Assembly (NCBI GenBank): GCA_024346625.1
Contig: AP024668.1
Span: forward strand, 124,001 to 188,000
Source of the DNA: Williopsis jadinii
Taxonomy: Eukaryota
Length of the DNA: 64,000 nucleotides
Reading direction: 5' to 3'
The position numbers were made by a program, and so were the translations under genes. Positions 11,072 to 22,611 of this stretch are shown piece after piece. The notes beneath the pieces were generated by a model. That model worked only from the letters and a program-made list of their open reading frames with translations, was not told where the DNA came from and did no database searches. Numbering within the stretch: position 1 is the stretch's first letter; the number at the start of each line of letters is the position of its first letter.

Positions 11072-12391
11072 ATGTCACTCCCATACATCACCAAGCTGGT
11101 TGGTAGTAGACCACCGAAGCCAACCGTTCGAGAAGTAGATCAAGAAGAGTCCACATCGTGGTCGTACTTACAATTCGATACGATGGCACGTCAGGTTGAT
11201 AACGGCTCACCATCGTTGGATGACCAGCTATTCACAGACACCGTCTACAGCCAGAAGGAGGTTGAGGAGCAGGTTAAGGCCATCTATGACCAATGGCTTG
11301 AAAGTGGTGATGTGGCACATCTGTTCAGAGACAAACACATCAAGTATTTGAAGATGGTACTGGGACCAGTACCTCACGTATTCCAAGCTCTGGACGCTTC
11401 ACAACCATGGATGATTTACTGGAGCTGCAACGCCTTGAGCCTCATGGGCTATGACATTGATAAGGAGCTAAAGGCTTCAACTGTAAAGAAGTTACTCTCG
11501 TTCCAGGATCCGCGTGGTGGGTTCGGTGGTGGGCTGGGACAACTTCCACACGTTGCTGCTACATACGCCTCTATACTGGCACTGTGTTTAGCTGGAGATG
11601 AAGATTCATGGTCTCTTGTCGATCGTCAAGGGATGTATAGGTGGCTCCTCACCCTCAAACAACAAGATGGTTCATTTGTTATGCATTCTGGAGGCGAGGT
11701 TGATACAAGAGCCGTATACTGTGCACTTGTTGTGGCCTCATTGCTGGACATCATCACACCTGAGCTCGTTGAAGGCACTGCAGAATGGCTATGGAGCTGC
11801 CAGACACACGAAGGAGGGTTCGGAGGCGTTCCGTGGGACGAAGCCCACGGTGGATACACCTACTGTGCCGTTGGTGCTCTCCTGATCCTGGGCAAGGTAG
11901 CCTTTGAAAGGGTAAACCTGGCCAAACTGAGCCATTGGATCGTCTCGAGACAGATGCCACTAGAAGGAGGGTTCTGTGGGCGCACGAACAAGCTGGTGGA
12001 CGGCTGCTATAGCTTCTGGGTCGGTGGGCTCACCGCAATCTTGGACATCTTCATCCAAGATGAGACCATCAACAGAGCCTCTCTCAACAACTACATCCTG
12101 TGCTGTTGTCAGAACGAACGCTTCGGTGGCCTCAAGGACAAGCCCTCCAAGAACGCAGACTTCTACCATAGTAACTACGTCCTCTCAGGGCTAGCGGTGA
12201 TCCAGAACAAGTTCTCCCTTGGTGATGAGCAATTCACAGGCGTGGATTCAATGGCGTACAGCATAGCTTCACAACCAGTGGGGGGAACGTCTCTTAAAGT
12301 TGACGCCACCGACCGTCTCAAGCCAATCAACCCGGTGTTTGCCCTTCCAGAGGGCTTCGCCAATAAGATGAAGTCGTACTATGTAAGTTGA
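11072..12391 (+). CDS. RAM1: Protein farnesyltransferase beta subunit
   Basis: LDASQPWMIYW, GEVDTRAVYCA, EAHGGYTYC and GRTNKLVDGCYSFW prenyltransferase motifs; RAM1-UBX3-SRP14 order as in S. cerevisiae. Confidence 0.95.
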   Translation: MSLPYITKLVGSRPPKPTVREVDQEESTSWSYLQFDTMARQVDNGSPSLDDQLFTDTVYSQKEVEEQVKAIYDQWLESGDVAHLFRDKHIKYLKMVLGPVPHVFQALDASQPWMIYWSCNALSLMGYDIDKELKASTVKKLLSFQDPRGGFGGGLGQLPHVAATYASILALCLAGDEDSWSLVDRQGMYRWLLTLKQQDGSFVMHSGGEVDTRAVYCALVVASLLDIITPELVEGTAEWLWSCQTHEGGFGGVPWDEAHGGYTYCAVGALLILGKVAFERVNLAKLSHWIVSRQMPLEGGFCGRTNKLVDGCYSFWVGGLTAILDIFIQDETINRASLNNYILCCCQNERFGGLKDKPSKNADFYHSNYVLSGLAVIQNKFSLGDEQFTGVDSMAYSIASQPVGGTSLKVDATDRLKPINPVFALPEGFANKMKSYYVS

Positions 12392-12556
12392 CAGGTATAG
12401 TAATCCGCCATGTTGTCAGTACACGCTGTTGTAGCCCGTAGGCTCGCGGGTAGCAGGGCGGCTCGCCGGGGAAACGCCGCTAAAAAGCACACAACAACAA
12501 CATCAACAAACATCAACATCGTCACATAGAGCCTCCACTGCCAGCACAGCGCAACG

Positions 12557-14092
12557 ATGGACACGCTAACGGAGCACGAGCAAGAGCTCGTGCACCAGTT
12601 CATCTCGATCACGAGCTATACGGATGAGCCAAACACCGCGATACGGTTCCTGAGCCAATGTGACTGGGACTTGGAGAGGGCAATAATCCTCTACTTTGAA
12701 GGGAATACAAGGGCCAATGAACAGCTGAACGAGAACTCGAGGCGTGCTCAGGCCCTAGGCGGTACAGCCACCGTGCCAGGCGGGTTCCCTGGTGATGAGT
12801 TGTCTGTTCATGAGAGGCCTCGTGGGTTGTTGGAGAACGTGAGGGCCAGATTGCAGGAATGGGGTGCACACCATGGCCAATATCTACCAGTGTCCACGAA
12901 TGAGCTGGCGTCGGCAGAGAACTTCATGGGGCTGAGTGGACGGTCAAAGGTGGTGTATATGCTTCAAATGATGCTGTATGTGCCGCTGGTTCTGCTGCAG
13001 AAGGTGTCAGTGACGGTGTTGATTGTGATGTCCAAGCTGTTCCCCATGGTGAAGACGTTGACTGAGAGGTATTCCCATAGACGACAGGGCTCCAGGTCGG
13101 AGCCCAAGGGCGTGGACCCTGTTCAGATTGCACGGAACTTCATTGGAGAAATGAACGTCTTCTACGGAAATGATGAGTCGAAGTTGGACTTCTACGAAGG
13201 TGGTTACACCTCTGCGCTTTATGTTGCGAAGAGAGACGCAAGGTTCCTGATGATCTACCTCCATAGTGATGAGCATGACGATACGCGTGGCTTTGTTGAA
13301 GACACGCTGCTCAATCAGAGGGTGCTGGACTTTGTGAAGGAGCACGATTTCCTCATCTGGGGTGGGAATGTGTTGGGCAGTGAAGCGTATCAAGTTGCCA
13401 ATGCCGTTGGTGCCACGAGGTATCCATTTGTATGCCTCTTGTCGTTGAAGACTAACTCTCAGGAGACGCCGGAAGGTACTACGACGTCTGCTCCGACGCT
13501 TTCTGTCGTGTGCAAAGTTCAAGGCAACATCAGTGCAGACAAGCTTGTTGATAAGCTATCGAGCCAGGTGGAGAGACTAGAGCCTACTCTTATAAGCATA
13601 CGGACAGAGAGGCAGCAGAACGAGCTATCAAGGGTTATTAGGGAACAGCAGGATCAGGCATACCAGGCTTCGTTACAGCGTGATCGTATGATTGCAGAAC
13701 AGAGACGACAAGAACAGCAAAGGGAACAAAATGAACAGCAATGGCTCAGATGGAGGGCTACACAACTACTACCGGAGGTTCCCATTGAACAAAAAGGACA
13801 GTACGCAAGAATAGCCATCAAGTTGACCAACGGAGAGAGAATCTCGAGAAGATTTCCAAGGGACTCACCTCTCGAGGAGATCTATGCCTTTGTTCAATGC
13901 CACTCACGGGGATTAATAGGACAAGATGTGTCTTCTAGTGTCTCCAAACCACAGGGATTCACGTATATTTATCCATTCAAATTGATCACACCTATGCCAC
14001 GCTCAGAGCTGCAGAGCTCTACGACGATTCCTATCAAAGACGAACCGACAGTTTGGCCCAACGGTAATCTCATCATGGAAATGAATGATTAG
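12557..14092 (+). CDS. UBX3: UBA-UAS-UBX domain Cdc48 adaptor
   Basis: N-terminal UBA-like region (CDWDLERAI), hydrophobic segment, UAS (YLHSDEHDDT), REQQDQAYQASLQRD coil and C-terminal UBX (RISRRF...WPNGNL); synteny. Confidence 0.88.
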   Translation: MDTLTEHEQELVHQFISITSYTDEPNTAIRFLSQCDWDLERAIILYFEGNTRANEQLNENSRRAQALGGTATVPGGFPGDELSVHERPRGLLENVRARLQEWGAHHGQYLPVSTNELASAENFMGLSGRSKVVYMLQMMLYVPLVLLQKVSVTVLIVMSKLFPMVKTLTERYSHRRQGSRSEPKGVDPVQIARNFIGEMNVFYGNDESKLDFYEGGYTSALYVAKRDARFLMIYLHSDEHDDTRGFVEDTLLNQRVLDFVKEHDFLIWGGNVLGSEAYQVANAVGATRYPFVCLLSLKTNSQETPEGTTTSAPTLSVVCKVQGNISADKLVDKLSSQVERLEPTLISIRTERQQNELSRVIREQQDQAYQASLQRDRMIAEQRRQEQQREQNEQQWLRWRATQLLPEVPIEQKGQYARIAIKLTNGERISRRFPRDSPLEEIYAFVQCHSRGLIGQDVSSSVSKPQGFTYIYPFKLITPMPRSELQSSTTIPIKDEPTVWPNGNLIMEMND

Positions 14093-14133
14093 ATTAAAGC
14101 ACTTGTCCCTCACTTACAAATCGTTACCAACAA

Positions 14134-14590
14134 TCATTTCGCAGATTTCTTCTTCTTCTTACCCTTCTCTTTCTTCTTCAGCCCTGTAGCCCCGGATTTC
14201 ACCACAGACGAGTACTCCCTCCAGAACTTGCTCAGATGCTCAGGCTCCACCTGCGTTGAGATCTTCTGCTTCTTGGACTTATCCTTCGCACCGTCTGTGA
14301 TTCTTATCAGAATTGGATACGTCTTTGTAGGCTTCGTTATCTTCGAGACCGCCAGTAACGGTGGCTGCGACAGGAACCGGGACACCTGGCTCTTCGAGTC
14401 CTCGTCTTCTACCGGGTCCTCAACATTGAGACGCTTTTGCGTTATATACAAGGACGATCTCGTCTCTTGCGCACTTGCAAACAGCTTTGCTGCTGCTTCG
14501 AGGAACTAACGCGGCAATGTTAGTCTCCCTTGCTTGGAATAGCCATCCTACAATGTCCTCACATACCTCTGAATTGCTTAGAAGGGCCAT
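14134..14590 (-). CDS. SRP14: Signal recognition particle 14 kDa subunit, 131 aa; exons 14590-14567 and 14505-14134
   Basis: 61-nt intron 14566-14506 (GTATGT...GACTAAC...TAG). Splicing gives MALLSNSE|FLEAAAKLFASAQETRSSLYITQKRL...FWREYSSVVKSG-Lys tail. Confidence 0.92.
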
Positions 14591-15116
14591 AATGCGGCGT
14601 TGATGATGAACAGATGTTGTAACTGTGTGTCTCGACGGTTCCGTCCGTACTCGAAATGGCGGTGGAGCGTGAAGAAAGCGTGGAAAAAACTATGGAAACA
14701 CCCAAACACCAAGCACCCAAGCACCCAAGCGGCGAGAGTTGGTGTAAAACCCGTTGGTGGGATGGCAGATTACGTAACACGCCGATTCGGCCACTCTGCT
14801 GCTGTTGCTGTTGTTGTTGTTGTTTTTTGATCATTTTTGGTTGCCATGGTTCCCTGTTCCTGTGGTTACCATTTGCGGTCGCTGTGTGTTTACCTTTTAC
14901 CCTTTTAAGAAGCCATACCGATGAGCCCTAGGACCTGAAACCAGTCATCAAGTTCCAAGCTCAGCGTGTGAGCCTACTAGCTGGAATTGCTAATTTTGAC
15001 ACATAATTAGCGTCGAGATTCCCACCACTTCCGAAATTCCATGTAACGAATACAATTGGTCTTCTGGCTGCTCCAACAAGGGCTATAGGAATAGTGGACA
15101 TAACTGCACAGGAGGA

Positions 15117-16598
15117 ATGAGATATCTCAGTGCAAATCAGTTCGAAGTGTACGAGCAAATTGGCAAAGGTGGGTTCGGCGTTGTGTACCGTGGGCTGGAC
15201 CGTGTGACCAAGACACCAGTGGCCATAAAGCAAGTGGATTTGGAAAGCACAGACAGCTTCCAGGATCTCCAGAAGGAGATCAACATCTTGAGCCAGTGTC
15301 ATCTGAAGCAGATCACCAAGTACCACGGATGCTTCGTGAAGGGGTATAAACTTTGGATCATAATGGAGTACATGGACGGTGGAAGCTGTAGTGATTTACT
15401 TCGGCCTGGTCCTTTCAAGGAAAAGTACATTGCCATTCTGCTAAGAGAGCTGTTGGAGGCCTTGGCCTATCTCCATGAGAAGGATAGGATACATCGTGAT
15501 GTTAAGGCAGCAAACATCCTTCTGAACTCACAGGGAGACGTGAAGATCGCAGACTTCGGTGTCTCGACACAGCTATCCAGCAACTTGTCGAGAAGAAGGA
15601 CCTTTGTCGGCTCGCCTTACTGGATGTCACCAGAGGTGATATTGGAAGAAGACTACAACTGCAAGGCCGATATATGGTCCTTGGGCATCACTGCGATTGA
15701 GCTTGCCACTGGTAAGCCACCGTTGTCGAATATCCCACCGATGAAAGTTCTGTTTCAGATTCCAAAGCACGATCCTCCGAGATTGGAAGGTGACGATTGG
15801 TCTCCTGAGTTCAAACAGTTCGTTGCAGCATGCCTTCAACGTAATCCAAATAAGAGACCAAGTGCAAAGAGGCTGCTAAAACTCAGTCAATTCATACAGT
15901 CCGCTGGCAAGAGCTCCAGCCTGAAGGATTTGATCAAGAGGAAACAACTTTGGGATCTAGAACATGACGACCAGAACAGGGCCAAGTACTATGTTCCAAC
16001 CGTGGAACTGAGCCAGCGTGGCTCTTCAAGTGACAAGCACACGCTGTGTAAAGCTAACATCAAGTTCGACTTTGGTGATGATCCTGACAACTCCAATGAA
16101 AAGACTTGCTCCAACGTCTCAGAGTCGGAGGTTATAATCACCAAGAAGAGCCCACTCAAGAAGTACGGTGTGTTACAGGAGAATGGCAACATTCTCAATA
16201 CGAACTCCACCTCTGTATCTAACAATGACAGCAAAGTGGTGCATGCCTCCAGGAGCCATATTTCCCGAAACAGCGTTGAAACAGCATTGAAGGCTTCCAT
16301 TGAGTCCCTGGACCTACACGACGACGTCCAGCTCGTGAAACTACAGCAGGTGAGCTTCTTACTACAAGAACTGGACGACAACGTACTTTTACAATTCTGC
16401 AATAACTTTGCACAGAGAATATCAGCATCCACCACCTCGAGCCTCCGAAGTGATGGTCCACAGCACACCACAACGCACAGAAGGATAACAGCAACCGATC
16501 CGGCACGCTCAGTATCGAGAGATAGACCAAGAGGTCCAAGGAAGGCGGAGAGTGAGAAGCTCTTGCTGAAGAGATGGGCAGACCAGTACTTCGCCTGA
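15117..16598 (+). CDS. Ste20/GCK-family Ser/Thr kinase (Sps1/Sid1-like)
   Basis: GKGGFGVV, VAIKQVDLE, HRDVKAANILL, DFG and TFVGSPYWMSPE; N-terminal kinase domain with divergent tail. Confidence 0.92.
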   Translation: MRYLSANQFEVYEQIGKGGFGVVYRGLDRVTKTPVAIKQVDLESTDSFQDLQKEINILSQCHLKQITKYHGCFVKGYKLWIIMEYMDGGSCSDLLRPGPFKEKYIAILLRELLEALAYLHEKDRIHRDVKAANILLNSQGDVKIADFGVSTQLSSNLSRRRTFVGSPYWMSPEVILEEDYNCKADIWSLGITAIELATGKPPLSNIPPMKVLFQIPKHDPPRLEGDDWSPEFKQFVAACLQRNPNKRPSAKRLLKLSQFIQSAGKSSSLKDLIKRKQLWDLEHDDQNRAKYYVPTVELSQRGSSSDKHTLCKANIKFDFGDDPDNSNEKTCSNVSESEVIITKKSPLKKYGVLQENGNILNTNSTSVSNNDSKVVHASRSHISRNSVETALKASIESLDLHDDVQLVKLQQVSFLLQELDDNVLLQFCNNFAQRISASTTSSLRSDGPQHTTTHRRITATDPARSVSRDRPRGPRKAESEKLLLKRWADQYFA

Positions 16599-17038
16599 GA
16601 GCCGTGAGCATGTATATAACACCTCCATACACCACATAACCATATAACACACATCATATAACTCACACCATTCACACATTGGCGTAGATTCAGCACATCT
16701 GTCCAGCAGCAGCTTCCCTCTATTCCCGTGGCTGGAGAACGTGGGTTTGTTACCCCAGTTACCACCTCCAAAACCTCATACCGAATATGCACGCTCTGCA
16801 GGTGATCTTGTCACAACGAAAATCACCAAGGAAACCCACGTTTGCCTCCCCCACCCCCTAAAATGAGCCTGTAGATAATCTCAAAACAGCATCGCTGATC
16901 TATTCGAACCCGGGCCTACACACGTTGTTTCCCCGTGCTGGTGTGATTGATAGTATAAAAGGGCACGTTGTTCCCGCTCATCTCGCTGTGTCTCTCTTGA
17001 AGGTGTTGACGGTACCAGTTGAAACACGCTGTCGAACC

Positions 17039-17971
17039 ATGATGCTTTGTATTGCTGTGCTGTGTGTGATGGCGATGGCGTCTGCCTCGCCATTGCCTCC
17101 TATAAAGGAGCTACTACCGTCGCTGAAGGGCTCACCAGTGACCCGTTACCAGTCTGACTTCACAAGGGATATCTTTGTGAAGCAAATCCATTCCCATAAT
17201 GACTACTGGCGAGACGTTCCCTTGTACACGGCGCTCTCGTATGGAGTCCAGTCTGTTGAGGCAGATGTTTGGCACTTTGAGGACGACGAGGTGCTCTATG
17301 TCGGGCACCACGAGGCTGCTTTGGGCCCACAGCGAACGCTTGCCTCGCTGTATATTGACCCCTTGGTTCAGATCTTGAGCCAGGCAAACCCGGAGAACAA
17401 GTTCACCAGCGAGCAAAAGAAGCCAAATGGTGTCTTTGACACTTGGTCCTCTGCAACGTTGTACCTATTCATTGATGTCAAGACCAAAGGCAACGAAACG
17501 TGGCCATACGTGGAAAATGCCCTTCAGCCTTTGCTTGAGAAGGGTTGGCTAACCCAGTTCAACGGTACGGCCATTGTTCCTGGCCCAGTCACCGTCATTG
17601 GAACAGGTAACACGCCAGCAGAGTACGTTTCATCTCTGAGTACAAGATCCTTCTTTGTTGACGGACCGTTGGCAAACTTGACAGACTCGACACCGTACAC
17701 TCTGAACCCGATTGCTTCTGGTTCTTTGGCACAGCTCATTGGAGTTGACGGAGCTGATCAGATTGACATCAAGGGCCTGAACGAGTCCCAGTTGGGCCTT
17801 TTAAGCGAGACTGTGACCAAGGCACACTCCATGGGGATAATGACGAGACTGTGGGACGTCCCATGGTGGCCAGTGGAGAAGAGAAACCAGATCTGGTCCC
17901 AGATACTAGCTGTCGGTTCTGATTTCCTCAACGCAGATGACTTGGAACTGGCCTCTGAGTTCCTTAGCTAG
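17039..17971 (+). CDS. AIM6: Aim6-family PLC-like phosphodiesterase-fold protein with signal peptide
   Basis: HSHNDYWR..PLYTAL..G..SVEADVW and LYVGH motifs; hydrophobic leader from ATG 17039; TATAAAA at about 16954. Confidence 0.85.
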   Translation: MMLCIAVLCVMAMASASPLPPIKELLPSLKGSPVTRYQSDFTRDIFVKQIHSHNDYWRDVPLYTALSYGVQSVEADVWHFEDDEVLYVGHHEAALGPQRTLASLYIDPLVQILSQANPENKFTSEQKKPNGVFDTWSSATLYLFIDVKTKGNETWPYVENALQPLLEKGWLTQFNGTAIVPGPVTVIGTGNTPAEYVSSLSTRSFFVDGPLANLTDSTPYTLNPIASGSLAQLIGVDGADQIDIKGLNESQLGLLSETVTKAHSMGIMTRLWDVPWWPVEKRNQIWSQILAVGSDFLNADDLELASEFLS

Positions 17972-18037
17972 GTGTTTATGGATGTGTCTACAGCGCTGCC
18001 GTTTATACTCTTTTCCTTTGTACTCATTCAAACGTGT

Positions 18038-19411
18038 CTAATAGTATTGCAGCTCCTTTGGAGTCATTTCATATTTAGCCCAGGTTGCCATGCAATTCTC
18101 ACTGTTCAGGTTATCAAACTGTGAGAACTTCCCACTGGCACATTTGCCATGGCATTTATCGCTAGAGGGACAATTCATGTAGGGGAAATGTTGGTAACCA
18201 ATGTCTCTAAACCAATGGATCTTTGACTTGTCTGCAAATAGGGCCAATCCAACACTGTGTACAGGTGCATCACCCCATCTTTCATAGTAAAATCCACCAG
18301 ATCTTTCCAAATGCTCCATCCATTTGCTATATGCTTCGCCTCTATAGAAGTCCATATCGCCAACTTCAAAATTGCTCCAGAAATGGCATGTTGAATAGCC
18401 CTTTGCAGTCTGATAGTTGTCGGGCTTCTGTAAGTTCTCCCTCAGCCAAGTGGTTGCACTGTTCTTATGAAGGTACTGAGGGTTCTCTTTAAGGAACTCC
18501 AACGTCGTAGGCCACAAGCTCTGAACAGAGTCTGGTGAGTCGTATAGATTCAGCACGAATCCATAAACCTTGTCATTATCCTCCATGAACTTGAAAACGT
18601 CATAGTCTATATCGCAGAAGTAATCTGTACTCGGCTCCAGTCGCCAATAGTAGCGATACTCCTGTAATTTTGGATGGTTGTAAAACCCTCCAGAGTAGAA
18701 ACGACACATGTTGTGGTACGACTCCTTGTTGGCATAGCCAACTCCCTTCTCTTCCAGGTGCTTGATTCCCTCCTCCTCCCTTGCAGGGTCAATGCTGGAA
18801 GGTTTCCCCCAGACCTCTGGGGGCACCAGTTCGAAGAAGCACTCAGACTTGGTAGCAGAACGAACCTTCTGCATAAACTTCTCGTTGAATGGACGGTCGT
18901 TCAGGAACACATACGGATAGTGGAACTTGTCGTTGAATGTCTCCTCAATCTGTTTAATTGTCTTCACGATGCCATGCAATTCACTGTTTCTCACCAGCGA
19001 TACAAACGTTGCGTTTGTCAGTTGATACTCCCCGTCCCCAGGCCTGGTCAGTTTGAGGCCCTTTGGCTCGTCAATCCTTTGTGAGAGCAGCGAGGAGACA
19101 TAGTCCTTATTCTCCTTCAGCACCTGGCCAGAGGTCCTTGAGCTGTCTTCTGGAAAAGCCGGCGTCATCAACGCTTCAACGCCACCAGCAGCGGCCACTG
19201 ATCCACCAGTGGATGAGCCACCAGCAAGCCCGCCGGCAATCCCCTCGTAGAAGGAGGACGTGTAGTTGGCAATCCAGTCCATGCTCGGGGGAACAACCCG
19301 TTGCTTCACGGTTTCATGGCTGAACGCGCTGATCACGGTAACCACCGATATAACCAGCAGGATCAACACCATGCCACGTCTTGCAATCCTCCTAGCAGGA
19401 AACATCACCAT
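18038..19411 (-). CDS. KRE2/KTR-family (GT15) mannosyltransferase, KTR4-like
   Basis: Type II signal anchor; NATFVSLVRNSEL, YHNMCRFYSG, YYWRLEP, CHFWSNFE and FYYERWGDAPVHS. First ATG at 19411. Confidence 0.93.
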   Translation of the reverse strand: MVMFPARRIARRGMVLILLVISVVTVISAFSHETVKQRVVPPSMDWIANYTSSFYEGIAGGLAGGSSTGGSVAAAGGVEALMTPAFPEDSSRTSGQVLKENKDYVSSLLSQRIDEPKGLKLTRPGDGEYQLTNATFVSLVRNSELHGIVKTIKQIEETFNDKFHYPYVFLNDRPFNEKFMQKVRSATKSECFFELVPPEVWGKPSSIDPAREEEGIKHLEEKGVGYANKESYHNMCRFYSGGFYNHPKLQEYRYYWRLEPSTDYFCDIDYDVFKFMEDNDKVYGFVLNLYDSPDSVQSLWPTTLEFLKENPQYLHKNSATTWLRENLQKPDNYQTAKGYSTCHFWSNFEVGDMDFYRGEAYSKWMEHLERSGGFYYERWGDAPVHSVGLALFADKSKIHWFRDIGYQHFPYMNCPSSDKCHGKCASGKFSQFDNLNSENCMATWAKYEMTPKELQYY

Positions 19412-22400
19412 CTTCTCTACCTCTCCTCTCTGTGTGTATGGAACGAGTCCCTTCAATTGACAAAAGCTAACAGCTTGGACAGAAAGGTGGGTAAGCTGCA
19501 GTCGAACGTGGTTGTGTTCTCGTCATTGGAGGCTATTTCATCTTGGAAAAAGCCCTGTTCTCACGACTTCTATTACCAAATTCCTGGGGGTATTGAACCA
19601 CTGGAAGCGGTATGGTAAAATTAGCAACTAAGCGATTGCCCCGGTTACACGGTGGCCTTTTGTGCCTCGCTTTGGCGAGGCTTCCGTTTATACCACACCC
19701 TGGTGTCAGGGGTTCGAACCTCGCGGTCGCCTGCTGTAGGCAGTGGACTCATCGTCGAAGTGATATTAGGAGACGAGTGCTCGAGTAGCGGACAGTTAGG
19801 CACCACGCTATGCTGGGCTTATGACATACAGCATATGGCATAGAGCATATGCTGCGTACGATCACTAGTACTGGACTGGATCATCACTCTTGACTACTTT
19901 GGAGCCACTTCTGGTGCACCCATTTGGCTGCGTTAGCACGAAGCTCCGTATGGCCAGTATGCCCATTATTCAAATTCTGTAAAACCATAACACGCTTCTG
20001 AAAGCTTGGGCCAGCGTGATCACTTGATAGAGGCCCCTGCTGGTGAGATCGAAGTGCTCACTGGAACGTGCTCTTTGTCAACAACTGCAAAGGATCAAGT
20101 TGAAACCCAGGCAGTGGCTACAGCCCAATTCACACCGCCTTCCCATAACGCTCCCCCTATAATTGATCTACCCACATTAGGACCTGCCGGTACCTTAGCA
20201 CCACCTGGCCGTGTCCAGCATTGGCTCGTCTCCCTCTCCACGCCCCCTTCGCCTTCCCCTTCCAAAGAACCTCACCACACAATAAGAAGAACGCTTCGTC
20301 ATGACACCAGATTACGCTTCTACAGTTTACAGTACATATGTGATTCATATAACCTTGTTTCAAAAAATGCCCATATCCCGACTCCCGGCTCACATCCTGT
20401 GGAACCAGCACTCACCGCTTGCTCTGTCCACTGGAGCTCTTCAATTGATGCTAGCTCAGTTGCTGGGAGAGGTGGCGTTGTTGCATGGATAAAGTCTGCC
20501 ATCCCACGCCGTTCCATATGGAATCCAGAATGTGGTGCTAGGAGATGCAAAGCCTAATCAAAGTGGATACCATTTCAGTAACTCAACCAAAGTGCTGATC
20601 GAACGACTTTTTCTTGGTGGGCACAGATTTATACGAGCTCACGCAAGCTGATGAGCATTGGTAGGGCTGTTCCACTATTCCCAACAAATCCCGTACATAG
20701 TACATATCACTAAGGGAAACACAATTCCGATCACCGTGGTGCTACATGGTGATACGTTGTAGCACGCAGACTCTCTTGCAACAGCCTCTTGTACCGAGTG
20801 TACTTTGGCAGCGCTATGTAAAGCCATGAGGGTGTGCTACAACCGTTGCCCCAAAACCCAAAAACCCATGGTTGCCTCACATGCAGCGGACAAGTTGGTT
20901 GTAAGGCTCGTGAGTGCGTATACGCTGTGGTGGGCTACATGGGTCTCTGTCCCAGAAGCCATACTGGAAACTGTGGTTTTGTTTCAAGACTCTTTAGGAG
21001 GGAGTCGTGGTGGTGATGAGGCTCAGAGTTGCCACAGATGCCGAGGCAGATACCATTCTATGGCGATTTGATCGTAGACGTCTTAGCCTATACAACTGCT
21101 TATATTGATAAATGGCGTAGATGAAGTGCCGTGGAATCGTCAGGCCGCACTGAAGAGGAGAAGTTGCGGATAAACTAGAATTAAGTACAGTTCCAGCTTG
21201 TACGTTGTTTTTGCATATGCTTACCATTGTACTCTGATGTCTCGTGCGAATGAGATGATTCGCACTGGCCCCAGCAAGTGACATGGGCTGTGTAGATACG
21301 CTGGAAGCCGATGGTGCTGCGTACTGTGAATGAGCGTGTTAGTGGTTGAGTTACGACCATGTGCGCCGTGAAGTGTCGTAACTTGTTTTCATAATTCTTG
21401 ATAATTAATAATTGGTTAAGCGTATTTATATAAGAGCTAGGGAAACTGGGAAAGGTTTTACATGGACAATGTACATGCCATGCACCGGGATTGGAATAAT
21501 TAACCAAACGCTTTCCCTGTAAGATGGGTATGAAGTGAACAATGTATACGCAGGATCAACAAGTTGGTAAGCCCTTTCGCTTTCGAAAGGTTCAAAGAGT
21601 TAAACACACCCTGCTACATGCGTGGAGATGTTTTCGGTCATATTTGGCTTATGTCCCATTAGACACATACGAATCAGCATTTGCCAGGGTTCAAGGGTTT
21701 GTCTTGATTTCTTTTGTTTGGAAGGAAACAAGGAGAGATGCTTCGTCAGGGACGATCTCTATTCGTATGCTCGAGATTGTCGTACACACGTACAGTGTTA
21801 CAGCTGGAAGGCCATTGTACACATTCTCTTGCACTATTGTCCTATGTTTCGGTGTGTTTTGGGCACTTTGCAAGTTCCAATTCCACGTTATTGACGGTGT
21901 GGGAAACTGGAATCAAGTTGTACTTGAATGTGTAAATACAGGGATGTACATTCGGACAAAGAACGTACAACTATGGGCCATAGTGAGAATATCTGTCCCG
22001 GATGAGCTCTTCCACATCTAATCTCCAACGTCCGAATTGGACACAATGCATGTAGATTTGTACAAATTCCCACTGATTCATAATACAGAATCGAATGAGA
22101 CAAGCCAGCCAGCAAATGTAAAAACTAACTGGCTCAACTGTAATCAAACTGTACTTCCTAGACGAATAACGGGTCATGCCTTTACATTATACATGATTAC
22201 AATCCGAAATGAAAACAAAGAACTATTTGTAATCTTTATACACTACAAGGGTTGGTCCAGATCTTTCCCAAATTAATTCGAATTAAAAGGCATAAATGCA
22301 TGTTCATAAACAACGTGGATATCCGTGTAACATCGATAAACGAAGACGATGCTTTCGGTAAAGTTTGAATTTCGTAAGCTCGGATGTGTGTAGAATCCTC

Positions 22401-22611
22401 AAGCGCAATATTTCAAAGATCAGCCATTGGCTATTATAGAGATATTCCGACTGCCGTCCAATGAAACAAGAAAAAGGAACTCCTATCTCATGTGAATGTG
22501 AAATCTCTAGATGAACAGGTCAAGTTCATGATGTAAAATGTGCATGTGTATATGAATGTCGTAACTGTATCACAGAAATATAACTGGTAGGATCTTGCGG
22601 TGTAAAGTTCT

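Noticed and set aside
15989..16792. 267-aa minus ORF and similar antisense ORFs (41512-42150, 47969-48568, 51033-51572)
   Set aside because: Shadow frames of well-supported genes.
19660..19730. tRNA gene at GGTTCGAACC
   Set aside because: T-stem and acceptor stem do not pair on either strand; kept only as an orphan B-box.
20006..20557. 183-aa plus-strand ORF
   Set aside because: TTG start, no recognisable motif, and equally weak overlapping ORFs in other frames.
21542..22021. 159-aa ATG ORF downstream of and opposite to ROX1
   Set aside because: No domain or membrane pattern; cannot be supported without expression data.
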